Assembly (NCBI GenBank): GCA_013387205.1
Contig: WARV01000009.1
Coordinates: 667 to 64,666 of the forward strand
DNA: 64,000 bases
Direction of reading: 5' to 3'
Source of the DNA: Patescibacteria group bacterium
GTDB lineage: Bacteria; Patescibacteriota; Doudnabacteria; UBA920
The notes below the pieces were generated by a model. It worked only from the letters and a program-made list of their open reading frames with translations, searched no databases and had not been told where the DNA came from. The number at the start of each line of letters is the position of its first letter. Within the stretch, counting starts at the first letter, position 1. Below, in pieces: positions 55,814 through 64,000 of the stretch. The position numbers and the translations under genes are program-made.

Positions 55814-56209
55814 ATGGACCCAGTAGTGCATTTTGAGATGCCGGCAGAGGATAAAAGCCGGATGGTAAAATTTTACGAAAGCGTGTTTGGCTGGCAAACT
55901 AAAACGCTAGGCAAAGACATGGGTGAGTATGTTTTGGCTACCACCACCGAGCGGGATGAAAAAACCGGTTTTCCAACCAGGCCCGGGGCTATTAATGGCG
56001 GCTTTTATACCAAAAAAGAAAATTGGCCGGCGCAGCATCCATCCATAGTCATTGCCGTGGAAGATATTAGAGATTGTATGATGAAAATTGCCGATGCCGG
56101 AGGTAAGGTGCTTGGCGAGCCGGTGGAAATACCAGGCATGGGCCAGTACGTTTCATTCACCGATACCGAAGGCAACCGTGTAAGCATAATCCAGCCCAAA
56201 TCCATGTAG
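55814..56209 (+). CDS. VOC (glyoxalase/bleomycin-resistance) family protein
   Basis: HFEMPAEDKSRMVKFYESVFGW, and a C-terminal GGKVLGEPVEIPGMGQYVSFTDTEGNRV repeat half. Confidence 0.7.
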   Translation: MDPVVHFEMPAEDKSRMVKFYESVFGWQTKTLGKDMGEYVLATTTERDEKTGFPTRPGAINGGFYTKKENWPAQHPSIVIAVEDIRDCMMKIADAGGKVLGEPVEIPGMGQYVSFTDTEGNRVSIIQPKSM

Positions 56210-56226
56210 TATTTTGCCATCCTTTC

Positions 56227-56263
56227 AACGGCTAAATCCTAAGAAAACTACGATTTAGCCGTT
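56227..56263. terminator. conserved-stem hairpin family copy 7
   Basis: AACGGCTAAATCCTAAGAAAACTACGATTTAGCCGTT. Confidence 0.6.
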
Positions 56264-56314
56264 GTTTTGCTTTTGTTTATCCTGTAAACTTTCTAAAATT
56301 TTACCTCGCTTAGA

Positions 56315-57028
56315 TTGATTTATCTAAGCGGCTTGCTACAATTAAAACATATGGACAATCTAAACATAAAAGCGTGGTCTGGGCTTGCCTTTTTAGCCAT
56401 CGCGATGGGTCTTTTGCTTTTTGTCCCAGCGGGGACTGTTTATTATTGGCAAGCTTGGGTCTACCTGGGTGTTTTTTTCGGAGTAACCATCTTCATTACG
56501 TTCTACCTCATGAAAAAAGATCCAGCCCTTCTGGCAAGGCGGGTGAGCGCCGGGCCTGCTGCGGAGAAAGAAACCAAACAGAAAATTATCCAATTTTTTA
56601 CCTCATTGGGATTTATAGCCATACTGGCCGTATCCGCGCTCGATCATCGTTTCATGTGGTCAAGAGTGCCATTCTTTTCGGTTTTGTTAGGTGATGCGTT
56701 AATAGTATTGGGATTTGCCATTGTCTTTCGCGTTTTTAAGGAGAACACTTTTACCTCCGCTACTATTGAAATAGCCAAGGGACAGAAGGTGATTTCTACC
56801 GGACCATACGCTATTGTGCGCCACCCGATGTATGCAGGCGGCGCAATGTATATGCTTGGAATGCCTCTTGCCCTGGGTTCCTTTTGGGGATTTGTCCCAT
56901 TTATAGCTGTGCTGCCTTTCTTATTGTGGCGGCTTTTTGACGAAGAGCAGTTTTTGGCAAAGAATCTGCCCGGGTATACAGAATACACTAAACAAGTGCG
57001 CTGGCGTCTGATCCCTGGCATTTTTTAA
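56315..57028 (+). CDS. isoprenylcysteine carboxyl methyltransferase (ICMT/PEMT) family membrane methyltransferase
   Basis: GPYAIVRHPMYAGGAMYMLG and a C-terminal EEQFL motif region. 5-6 TM helices. Confidence 0.75.
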   Translation: MIYLSGLLQLKHMDNLNIKAWSGLAFLAIAMGLLLFVPAGTVYYWQAWVYLGVFFGVTIFITFYLMKKDPALLARRVSAGPAAEKETKQKIIQFFTSLGFIAILAVSALDHRFMWSRVPFFSVLLGDALIVLGFAIVFRVFKENTFTSATIEIAKGQKVISTGPYAIVRHPMYAGGAMYMLGMPLALGSFWGFVPFIAVLPFLLWRLFDEEQFLAKNLPGYTEYTKQVRWRLIPGIF

Positions 57029-57045
57029 CTTTTTATCTACCTACC

Positions 57046-57108
57046 AACGGCTAAAACACCCTAGTTAACTGGACTGCAAGTTAACGGGGGTAAACTTTTT
57101 TAGCCGTT
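57046..57108. terminator. conserved-stem hairpin family copy 8 (long loop with inner GTTAACT palindrome)
   Basis: AACGGCTAAAACACC ... GTAAACTTTTTTAGCCGTT, between convergent genes. Confidence 0.55.
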
Positions 57109-57639
57109 TGTTTTATGCCTGTGCCCGTGTTTGGTTGCCGTTTGCGCTTTATAGAACGGTTTGTGCGGGGTTTCCCGCATCCTTTTATCCAGCAGTTCAG
57201 CCAGCCACTGGAAGTATTCGCCTAAGAACGGGTCAGGCGTTTTTTCGCGCATATCCAAAAACATAACTTTGTATTTCTCCCATGAAGTCACGACAAATGA
57301 GCCGAGAGTGATATCTACCAAGTCGATATTAATAAACCGCTTTGCCACAAGAATGCCGAGCGATTCCATCTGCTGCGCGAGTTGGATAAAGGCAACCTGT
57401 TCGCCGTGGGGGAGCGCCCGCAATTCTTCTTGGCTGGTTGGCATTTTGTGCGAGGTTATATAGTGGATGAGTTCGGCAAATCCGCGCGTCTGGAAGTTGT
57501 GCAGCGTCTCGAGCGTGAGGCGTTCCCTGCGGTCGCGCTCTGCCGCTTTAACCTGCGCAATGCCAAACACGAGCGCCACGATGAACGATAGCGCCAGCGC
57601 AAGGTTAGCGATATTGGATATTATTTCGCTGCTTGTCAT
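57100..57639 (-). CDS. hypothetical membrane-anchored protein co-transcribed with MFS transporter
   Basis: 4-nt overlap with the upstream MFS gene. An N-terminal TM. Confidence 0.45.
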   Translation of the reverse strand: MTSSEIISNIANLALALSFIVALVFGIAQVKAAERDRRERLTLETLHNFQTRGFAELIHYITSHKMPTSQEELRALPHGEQVAFIQLAQQMESLGILVAKRFINIDLVDITLGSFVVTSWEKYKVMFLDMREKTPDPFLGEYFQWLAELLDKRMRETPHKPFYKAQTATKHGHRHKTNG

Positions 57640-59030
57640 ACAGCTGTGTGACGTTTGCGTAATAATTTTTTTTCTTCCGGAAGTTTACCCTGGGGGTTTT
57701 GGATGCCCACAGCAGAAACCAGCCCGCCAATTGTTACAAGCAAGGCCATTACGATTATCCCTTTGTGAAAGCCGGTAATATTTAACTGCGTGCCTACCAC
57801 CAAGCCAATGGTAGCCACAGCAACCAGGCCGGCAATCCGCGACACGGCGTTATTGACTGCTGAGCCTATGCCGGCATGCTCAGGCGGTATGTTGCCGAGC
57901 ACGGCAGCGGTAAGCGGCGCTACGGTCATGGACAATCCCAAACCAAAAACCACGACTCCAGGCAGTACCTGGAAAACATAAGTTGCAGCAGCGTTTACGT
58001 TAAGCAGCAGCATGAATCCAATACCTGCTACTATTGGCCCAATAGCCATAAAAAAACGCGGGCCGAACTTTCCAGCCAGTGCGCCAAACCGGGGTGAAAG
58101 CAAAAACATAATTATAGTCACGGGAAGAAACGCCAAGCCCGCCTCGAGCGCTGAGTAGTGCCCGATCTGCTGCAGCGCAATAATTATCAGGAAAGTCGCC
58201 ACGGCCAGACCTGCGTAAATAGTAACTGTGGCAAGGTTGCCGACAGAAAAATTCCTGATGCGAAACAGCTCAAGCGGCAACATTGGCTGGGAAGTCCGGT
58301 TTTCATACCAAAGAAAGCATGCTAAAAGCACTAAGCCGAACAAAAGGGGGATAAAAATTATAGGGCTGCCCCAACCGTAATGCGGCTGCTCAATTAGCGC
58401 GTAAACCGAGCCGCAAAGGCCAAGCGTGCATAAGACTGCCCCAGCCACATCCACTTTAGTTTCCTTTTTTAACTCCCGGGCTTGCTCTAATGATTTCATC
58501 AACCAAAGCGTTATGGCAATTGGGATGACGTTAATGAGAAAAATCGCCCGCCACGAAATAACATCAACTAAAAAGCCGCCGACCAGCGGCCCGACTATAA
58601 AAGAAATGCCTGTCCAGGCTGTCCAGGTGCCGATTGCTTTTGCTTGCTCGGCCCCCTGAAAAGCAGAAATTACAAGAGCGAGCGAGCTTGGAACCAGCAA
58701 GGCTCCGGCGATGCCTTGGAGGCCGCGCGCTAAAATTAAGAGCTCGCTTTTGGGTGCTATTGCGCATAATACCGAAGCTGCCCCGAACCCGATTAATCCT
58801 ATACCCAAGACTCTTTTCCTTCCCCAGAGGTCTGAAAGTGAGCCGGCAATGAGTATGAGCGAGCCAAGCGTAAGCAGATACGCATCTACGACCCATTGCT
58901 GGGCGGCCAAGCCGCCGCCAAGGCTATGGGCAATGGCCGGAAGCGCGACGTTAACGACAGAGGAATCTAAAAATGCGACAAACGAAGCTAGGATGCTAAT
59001 TATTAAGACGAGTTGCTGTTGTTTATTCAT
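57636..59030 (-). CDS. MFS transporter, DHA2 family (14 TMS)
   Basis: FVAFLDSSVVNVALP and GSLSDLWGRKR (motif A). 14 predicted helices. Confidence 0.85.
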   Translation of the reverse strand: MNKQQQLVLIISILASFVAFLDSSVVNVALPAIAHSLGGGLAAQQWVVDAYLLTLGSLILIAGSLSDLWGRKRVLGIGLIGFGAASVLCAIAPKSELLILARGLQGIAGALLVPSSLALVISAFQGAEQAKAIGTWTAWTGISFIVGPLVGGFLVDVISWRAIFLINVIPIAITLWLMKSLEQARELKKETKVDVAGAVLCTLGLCGSVYALIEQPHYGWGSPIIFIPLLFGLVLLACFLWYENRTSQPMLPLELFRIRNFSVGNLATVTIYAGLAVATFLIIIALQQIGHYSALEAGLAFLPVTIIMFLLSPRFGALAGKFGPRFFMAIGPIVAGIGFMLLLNVNAAATYVFQVLPGVVVFGLGLSMTVAPLTAAVLGNIPPEHAGIGSAVNNAVSRIAGLVAVATIGLVVGTQLNITGFHKGIIVMALLVTIGGLVSAVGIQNPQGKLPEEKKLLRKRHTAV

Positions 59031-59040
59031 TTATATTTAT

Positions 59041-59119
59041 TAGAAGTAGTCTCAAAACTTGTTTTTCAGGCTAATTCTGAAATTGCAGCCAAAATGAGGT
59101 TTTCAAGACCACTTCCTAA
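59041..59119. repeat. MITE-like element copy G (compact ~80-nt version: termini only)
   Basis: TAGAAGTAGTCTCAAAAC...GCAGCCAAAATGAGGTTTTCAAGACCACTTCCTA. Confidence 0.7.
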
Positions 59120-59177
59120 TTACTTTTTAGTTTACTGCCTTTGGCTTCCGCATCCGCTTGCTATACAGTTGAGTCAT

Positions 59178-59519
59178 TTAAAGTGTCTTACTTGTTTTTG
59201 TTTTCCTCCGGTCTGTTATCTTTTTCATCCTCTTTTTAACCGTGCGTTCAATAACGGCATTGGCAAAACCAATTAACACGCCAATGCCGGTTAAAACGTA
59301 AAATATGGTGAAAATTTTTCCTGCTGCCGTGTGAGGAGTGATATCGCCATAACCGACTGTTGCCAAAGTGATGACCGTAAAGTAAGCGGAGTCCAGCCAG
59401 CTTAAATGTTCAACCAAATGGTAAAACACAACACCAATGAGAATGGTTAGTAAACTGATGTATGCCAAAATCCTAAACTGCAGGATTTTATCTAATTGAT
59501 CTTGTTCTTTTTCGGCCAT
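59178..59519 (-). CDS. minimal 2-TM potassium channel (KcsA-like)
   Basis: Selectivity filter TLATVGYGD between two TM helices; 113 aa. Confidence 0.8.
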   Translation of the reverse strand: MAEKEQDQLDKILQFRILAYISLLTILIGVVFYHLVEHLSWLDSAYFTVITLATVGYGDITPHTAAGKIFTIFYVLTGIGVLIGFANAVIERTVKKRMKKITDRRKTKTSKTL

Positions 59520-59530
59520 AAAATTATTTT

Positions 59531-59602
59531 TTAGGACCTATTCGAAAAACATTTTATGCTGCAATTCCCGATTTACGGCTAAACATCAAAAATCATTTTG
59601 AG
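59531..59602. repeat. MITE-like element partial copy H (left half of copy-B type)
   Basis: TTAGGACCTATTCGAAAAACATTTTATGCTGCAATTCCCGATTTACGGCTAAACATCAAAA. Confidence 0.65.
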
Positions 59603-59819
59603 AACAATTTGTACGCTTTTTACTATAATTTTTGTTTTTAGCTTGAGTTTCCTCAAGTTGTAAAAATGCTTAAAATGGCCCTATTTAAAGATTTTTATCC
59701 AAAAAGAAAAGAATGCGGCGTTTATTATGACGTAAATTACCATGGGGTTTTTGCAAGCAAAGCATGGATTCGGCGTTATATAACATAAGTTAAGTTATGG
59801 CAAATATAAACAATGGTTT

Positions 59820-60311
59820 ATGCCTGAAAATTCCAAAGAAGTGCAGTTTGTTTTGCAAAAAATCCAGCCGGCGCTGCTTGGGCTTATGGACGGGGCGGTT
59901 TCGACCATGGCGCCGATTTTTGCTACGGCTGAACTTACAAAAAACAGCCATAACGCGTTCATTATCGGGACTGCTAGCGCGCTCGGTGCCGGAATCAGCA
60001 TGGGTTTTGCCGAAGCCTTATCTGACAACGGGGAGGTGACGGGGCGGGGGCGGCCGGAATCCCGCGGGCTTATTACAGGATTAGCCACGGCCGTTGGCGG
60101 CATGCTGCACACCTTCCCGTTTTTAATTCCTGACCTGCAAGCCGCTTTGCATTTGGCTTACGCGGTTGTGGCGATGGAACTTTTGGTCATCGCCTTCGCC
60201 CGCTATAAATTCATGAACAGCCCTTTGGCAAAAACCGTTTTCCAAGTGGTGGTAGGCGGCGGCATTGTCTTTGCGGTCGGTTTGTTTTTGGGTCGCCTTG
60301 GCGCACAATGA
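59820..60311 (+). CDS. VIT1/CCC1 family (putative iron/manganese transporter) membrane protein
   Basis: [18 protein letters not shown] at the N-terminus and glycine-rich TM helices, as in the VIT family. Confidence 0.55.
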   Translation: MPENSKEVQFVLQKIQPALLGLMDGAVSTMAPIFATAELTKNSHNAFIIGTASALGAGISMGFAEALSDNGEVTGRGRPESRGLITGLATAVGGMLHTFPFLIPDLQAALHLAYAVVAMELLVIAFARYKFMNSPLAKTVFQVVVGGGIVFAVGLFLGRLGAQ

Positions 60312-60452
60312 CAATTTAAATTTTTTATTCCTGGATTCGTGATGGTCGTCACGAATCCAGGAATTGTTTTAATTGAGTAACCAATTACATAATCCGCACT
60401 TTCTCCTCTAAGCAGGCAAGCGACTGACCTTTTAAGAGGGCAGGTTTAAGCC

Positions 60453-60968
60453 ATGCGGATTTCCACCGTCATAATTATCGGACTTAAAGTAAAAAATATG
60501 GATGAAAAAGAGCAATTAATTGAAAATTGGCAGGCTGAATTTCCGGTAACTTTTAAAGTGCTGATGAATTTTCCGCCCGACAAGACAGATTTAAAGCCGC
60601 ACGAAAGGTCGCGCAGCGCCAAGGATTTGGGACGGACTTTTGTCTTTGATATGCATTTGATGCGCCAGGCCATTGCCGGAAAAATCGATTTCGGCCAATT
60701 GAAATTCATGCCCATGCCGGAATCCTGGCAGGAAATTCTGGCCAGTTTGGAAATGGCTTATAAAGGGTTTATGGAAGAACTTGAGCAGTCTCCGGAAAGC
60801 GAACTTAATAAGCCTGTCACTTTCGGCAACGGATCGGTGAGGAGGATGGATGTCGTTTGGGAAATTTTAAAAGACATGATACACCATCGCGGCCAGTTCT
60901 CTGTATATTTGCGTATGGCAGGCGGCAAAGTCCCTTCTATTTATGGGCCTTCAGCGGATGAACCGTAG
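60453..60968 (+). CDS. DinB/YfiT-like (DinB_2) family protein
   Basis: The ILKDMIHHRGQFSVYLR motif. The start is probably the internal Met (MDEKEQL). Confidence 0.65.
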   Translation: MRISTVIIIGLKVKNMDEKEQLIENWQAEFPVTFKVLMNFPPDKTDLKPHERSRSAKDLGRTFVFDMHLMRQAIAGKIDFGQLKFMPMPESWQEILASLEMAYKGFMEELEQSPESELNKPVTFGNGSVRRMDVVWEILKDMIHHRGQFSVYLRMAGGKVPSIYGPSADEP

Positions 60969-60978
60969 GGGAATGACC

Positions 60979-61052
60979 TGCCTTCGTTCCGACCTTGTTG
61001 GAACTTCGGCGTGGCGAGGCCCACCTTCGTTTACACTTCGGCGTGGCGAGGC
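60979..61052. repeat. tandem direct repeat (2 units ending ACTTCGGCGTGGCGAGGC)
   Basis: (T)GCCTTCGTT..ACTTCGGCGTGGCGAGGC / CCACCTTCGTTTACACTTCGGCGTGGCGAGGC. Confidence 0.6.
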
Positions 61053-61160
61053 AAGAATTTTGTAATAAACCAGACCTAATTTTAGGGTTGGTTTTTTTGT
61101 TACCAAAATAAAAACATATCGTAATATAATATGAAGCAAGCTTTGGACGCCCTTTTTTGA

Positions 61161-61198
61161 GTATTCCATTTTTTCACGGCCGTGAAAAAATGGAATAC
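61161..61198. promoter_or_regulatory. perfect 19-bp inverted repeat GTATTCCATTTTTTCACGG|CCGTGAAAAAATGGAATAC
   Basis: Lies 85 nt upstream of an ECF sigma gene. It may be an operator or a terminator. Confidence 0.5.
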
Positions 61199-61282
61199 CA
61201 TAAAATATTATATGCAAATTTGCAAGCCGCGTTTTTATAGGCGATAATATAATCACTAAAAACAAAGTTAATATAACCACCA

Positions 61283-61855
61283 ATGGATTTTCCAGAATCA
61301 CAAATAATCGCCGATTGCCAAAAAGGGGAGTATTCCCAGTTTGGACAGCTCTATGACGCGTACATAAAAAAGATTTACAGCTTCATTTATTTCAGGACCC
61401 ATCATAAGGAAACGGCAGAAGACTTGACCAGTGTCGTCTTTATGAAGGCTTTGGAAAAAATCTCGAGCTTTAACGGCAACAAGGGGCAATTCTCTTCCTG
61501 GCTGTACCAGATTGCCAGAAATTCTATCATTGACCATTACCGCACTTTTAAAGCGGAAGAAGATTTGGAAAACGCCTGGGACGTTCCTTCAAACAGCAAC
61601 GTGGAAAGGGACGCGGATATTTCAAGGCAAATGGAAAACGTCAAAAAACAGCTGGCCGAACTTCCGGCCCAGCAGCGGGACGTGGTGGTTATGCGCGTGT
61701 GGGACGGTTTGAGCCATAAGGAGATTGCCGAAATTTTGAGGATAAGCGAATCCAGCAGCAAGATGTCTTTTTCCAGGGCTCTGGCCAAAATCAACAAAGA
61801 GACGGTTACAACTTTGGCCGCTTTGGCTGTAATTTTGGGAAATCAAAATTTTTAA
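61283..61855 (+). CDS. ECF RNA polymerase sigma factor
   Basis: Region 2 (FIYFRTHHKETAEDLTSVVFMKA, WLYQIARNSIIDHYR) and region 4 (LSHKEIAEILRISESSSKMSFSRA). Confidence 0.85.
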   Translation: MDFPESQIIADCQKGEYSQFGQLYDAYIKKIYSFIYFRTHHKETAEDLTSVVFMKALEKISSFNGNKGQFSSWLYQIARNSIIDHYRTFKAEEDLENAWDVPSNSNVERDADISRQMENVKKQLAELPAQQRDVVVMRVWDGLSHKEIAEILRISESSSKMSFSRALAKINKETVTTLAALAVILGNQNF

Positions 61856-61868
61856 ACCATCAATATTT

Positions 61869-63356
61869 ATGGATAATAATATAGAAAAAATTTTACAGGA
61901 GCTTTATGTAATGGACGCGGGATTTAAATCCCACGAAGCCAAGCTGAAAACCTTGCTTAGCGAACTTTTGCAGAACAAGCCTGATGTTAAGCTTGATGAG
62001 GAATTCGTATTAAACTTGCGCAGGAAACTTTTGGCCAAAGCCGATTTGATGCAGTCGCAAAACGCGTCGCGGTTTCCGCTCAAAGCTATTGCGTTTTCTT
62101 TAAGCGGTTTAATGGTTGTAGTTTTGGCTGTTTTGGTTGGAGTGTATTCCAGGCAAATAAAAACCAAACAGCTTCCTGCCACGCAACCTTATATTTTTGG
62201 CGGTAAAAGCGACAAACTTTTAAATGCCAGTGTTAATATTAACAAAGTCAGCCAGCAGGCTTTTGGTAAATTATCTATGGCAGATTTTTCTCCGGTCGGA
62301 CGCGGCGGAGGCGGAGCAGGGGCAGGAGCGGCGGAATCTTTTAGCAGTGCCGCGGCAGCGCCAACAATGTCGCCAGATGCGAAAGTTGCCATTATGCCGC
62401 CGATAACCACTTACTCATACGTATATAAAGGCGGCGAGATTGATTTGAAGGATACAGAGCTGCCGGTCTTTAAGAGGGTTAAAGGCCTGGGTGATAATTT
62501 TGATGCCAAATCCTTGCTCAAGCAGCTGGACTTCGGCTCAATCGACATGGATAAATTTGAAAATACTAAAATACAATCGCTGAATATTCTGCAAGACATG
62601 GAGTACGGCTATAACTTTTACATCAATTTGGAAGACGGGATTATTAACATGAGCGAGAATTGGGCAAAGTGGCCGAATCCGGAAAAGAGCTGCCAGGATA
62701 CACAGTGCTACCAAAACACGCGGCTTAAAATTAGCGATGTGCCCAGCGACGAAGAGCTGATAAATATCGCTAATAGGTTTTTGCAGGACCACAACATTTC
62801 CCTGGCTTCTTACGGCCAGCCCGCGGTGGCTGATACCTGGAGGCAGGAATATGAGAATATGTCAGATAAGTCGCAGGCTTATATCCCGGCAATTTATAAT
62901 ATAATTTATCCTTTGCAGGTTGAGGGCGAGGATGTTTATGATCCGAGCGGCTATAAGGCCGGGCTGGCTGTCGGCGTGGATATTAGGTTTAAAAAGGTTT
63001 CAGGTATGGCGGATTTGGCAAGCTTAAAATTCGAGAGTTCGGATTATCCTGTTATCACCCAAAGCCAAGAAATTATAAAGTATGCCGAGCGCGGCGGGGC
63101 GGCTAATCCCAATTTTTACATGCAAGGCTCCAGGGAAGTTAAATTGGAACTCGGCGATCCTTTTAAGGTTTACGTAAAAATTATGAAAAATGACGGCGCT
63201 TCAAGCCAGGAATTGTTAGTACCTGCTTTAATTTTCCCAATCAAGAATAGGCCGGCTGGCGCGGCCTATGCCCATAAGGGGATAGTGGTTCCGCTGGTAA
63301 AGGGAATTCTGAATGACCAGGCAACTGGCGGCGGCCCGGTGAGGATCTACAAATAA
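61869..63356 (+). CDS. putative anti-sigma factor with large extracytoplasmic domain
   Basis: Begins 14 nt after the sigma gene. An N-terminal helical region, a TM (~aa 75-95) and a ~400-aa ectodomain with a Gly-rich linker. Confidence 0.55.
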   Translation: MDNNIEKILQELYVMDAGFKSHEAKLKTLLSELLQNKPDVKLDEEFVLNLRRKLLAKADLMQSQNASRFPLKAIAFSLSGLMVVVLAVLVGVYSRQIKTKQLPATQPYIFGGKSDKLLNASVNINKVSQQAFGKLSMADFSPVGRGGGGAGAGAAESFSSAAAAPTMSPDAKVAIMPPITTYSYVYKGGEIDLKDTELPVFKRVKGLGDNFDAKSLLKQLDFGSIDMDKFENTKIQSLNILQDMEYGYNFYINLEDGIINMSENWAKWPNPEKSCQDTQCYQNTRLKISDVPSDEELINIANRFLQDHNISLASYGQPAVADTWRQEYENMSDKSQAYIPAIYNIIYPLQVEGEDVYDPSGYKAGLAVGVDIRFKKVSGMADLASLKFESSDYPVITQSQEIIKYAERGGAANPNFYMQGSREVKLELGDPFKVYVKIMKNDGASSQELLVPALIFPIKNRPAGAAYAHKGIVVPLVKGILNDQATGGGPVRIYK

Positions 63357-63455
63357 CTACAGATCTACGAATTCATCCGAATCTACAGATACCTACAGAT
63401 GTGCTTAGAAGATTATCTGTAGGCAATCCGTAGATCCGTAGATAATCTGTAGTTC
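63340..63455. repeat. array of 8-bp motif CTACAGAT (x3) and its complement ATCTGTAG (x3) plus CCGTAGAT variants
   Basis: ATCTACAAATAACTACAGATCTACGAATTCATCCGAATCTACAGATACCTACAGATGTGC..TATCTGTAGGCAATCCGTAGATCCGTAGATAATCTGTAGTTCTGTAG. Confidence 0.6.
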
Positions 63456-63464
63456 TGTAGAATA

Positions 63465-63500
63465 AACGGCTAAATCCTAGGAAATTTACGTTTTAGCCGT
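63465..63500. terminator. conserved-stem hairpin family copy 9
   Basis: AACGGCTAAATCCTAGGAAATTTACGTTTTAGCCGTT followed by an A8 run. A second imperfect hairpin lies at 63508-63561. Confidence 0.6.
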
Positions 63501-63578
63501 TAAAAAAAAGAGCCGGGGCTCTCTTAGGAGATATGTTCTCCAATAAGAGAGTCCCGGCTTAAGGTATTGCAGACTTTG

Positions 63579-63986
63579 TCAGCAGAGCAGGTTGATGTTG
63601 GTCTGCCCGCGCGCGGTGTTGGCGACTGCTGTCGCCGCGGTGTAGGTGGGTTTGATGACGTTGTATTCCACCTTGTTAGCTGCGCCGTCGATCGGCTTGT
63701 TAGCCACTACCAGATTCGCTACTGCTGCGGCCGTGCCGGCGGGTGCGCCGGTATTGGCCGTGTCAAGAGCGATACCCGTGTCGAAGCCGGCGATCATCGT
63801 CGTCGTGTTGCCGGATTTGACCGTGGTCGAGAAAACGGTGCTGTCCAAAATCACGCCATTGTTTGCCTGATCCACACAGGCCCACGTTATGGTTGGTGGA
63901 GAGGCGGTCGGGCCTGGCGCTGCGAAAGCCATCATAATGCCGGAGAGTCCGAGCATTAAGACGACAATAGCAAGCGCTGAAGACAC
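63579..63986 (-). CDS. secreted A/T/G-rich hypothetical protein
   Basis: Signal peptide ALAIVVLMLGLSGIMMAFA, then a low-complexity T/A/G/N-rich beta-type sequence. Confidence 0.45.
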   Translation of the reverse strand: MSSALAIVVLMLGLSGIMMAFAAPGPTASPPTITWACVDQANNGVILDSTVFSTTVKSGNTTTMIAGFDTGIALDTANTGAPAGTAAAVANLVVANKPIDGAANKVEYNVIKPTYTAATAVANTARGQTNINLLC

Positions 63987-64000
63987 CTTGCGAAAGTCTG

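Noticed and set aside
27994-63500. GTTTTAGCCGTT arms resembling a CRISPR repeat
   Set aside because: The copies are single inverted pairs scattered at gene ends, with no regular repeat-spacer array, so it is not a CRISPR locus.

Overview
The window is 64 kb from a moderately AT-rich, probably uncultivated bacterium. It is gene-dense on both strands and dominated by membrane or secreted proteins (MFS, ABC, CDF, MscL, two minimal pore-loop channels, M23/LamG/Cys-rich surface proteins, a cupredoxin trio), three ECF sigma/anti-sigma pairs, and small stress/detox enzymes (SRAP, VOC, DinB, SDR, ADH). Accessory content stands out: a phage-derived TerS-like + ParB-methyltransferase remnant; an orphan RHS C-terminal toxin/immunity cassette; two HEPN-motif gene pairs; a MITE-like palindromic element family (8 copies, three terminus types); a conserved-stem hairpin family (AACGGCTAAA..TTTAGCCGTT, 9 copies); a duplicated ~105-nt intergenic element. 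The most unusual locus (50.3-52.1 kb, minus strand) is a tRNA-Asn(GUU) gene split by a 299-nt group I intron with recognisable P/Q/R/S cores. The intron carries an embedded second copy of the tRNA 3' half in its P8 region. A small GIY-YIG ORF overlaps the tRNA 5' end and a duplicated 5' tRNA fragment, and a T5orf172 (GIY-YIG-superfamily) protein gene lies downstream. Together these look like an intron/homing-endonuclease mobile complex. All calls are from reading the sequence and the ORF track. No database searches were run, so domain assignments are motif-based.
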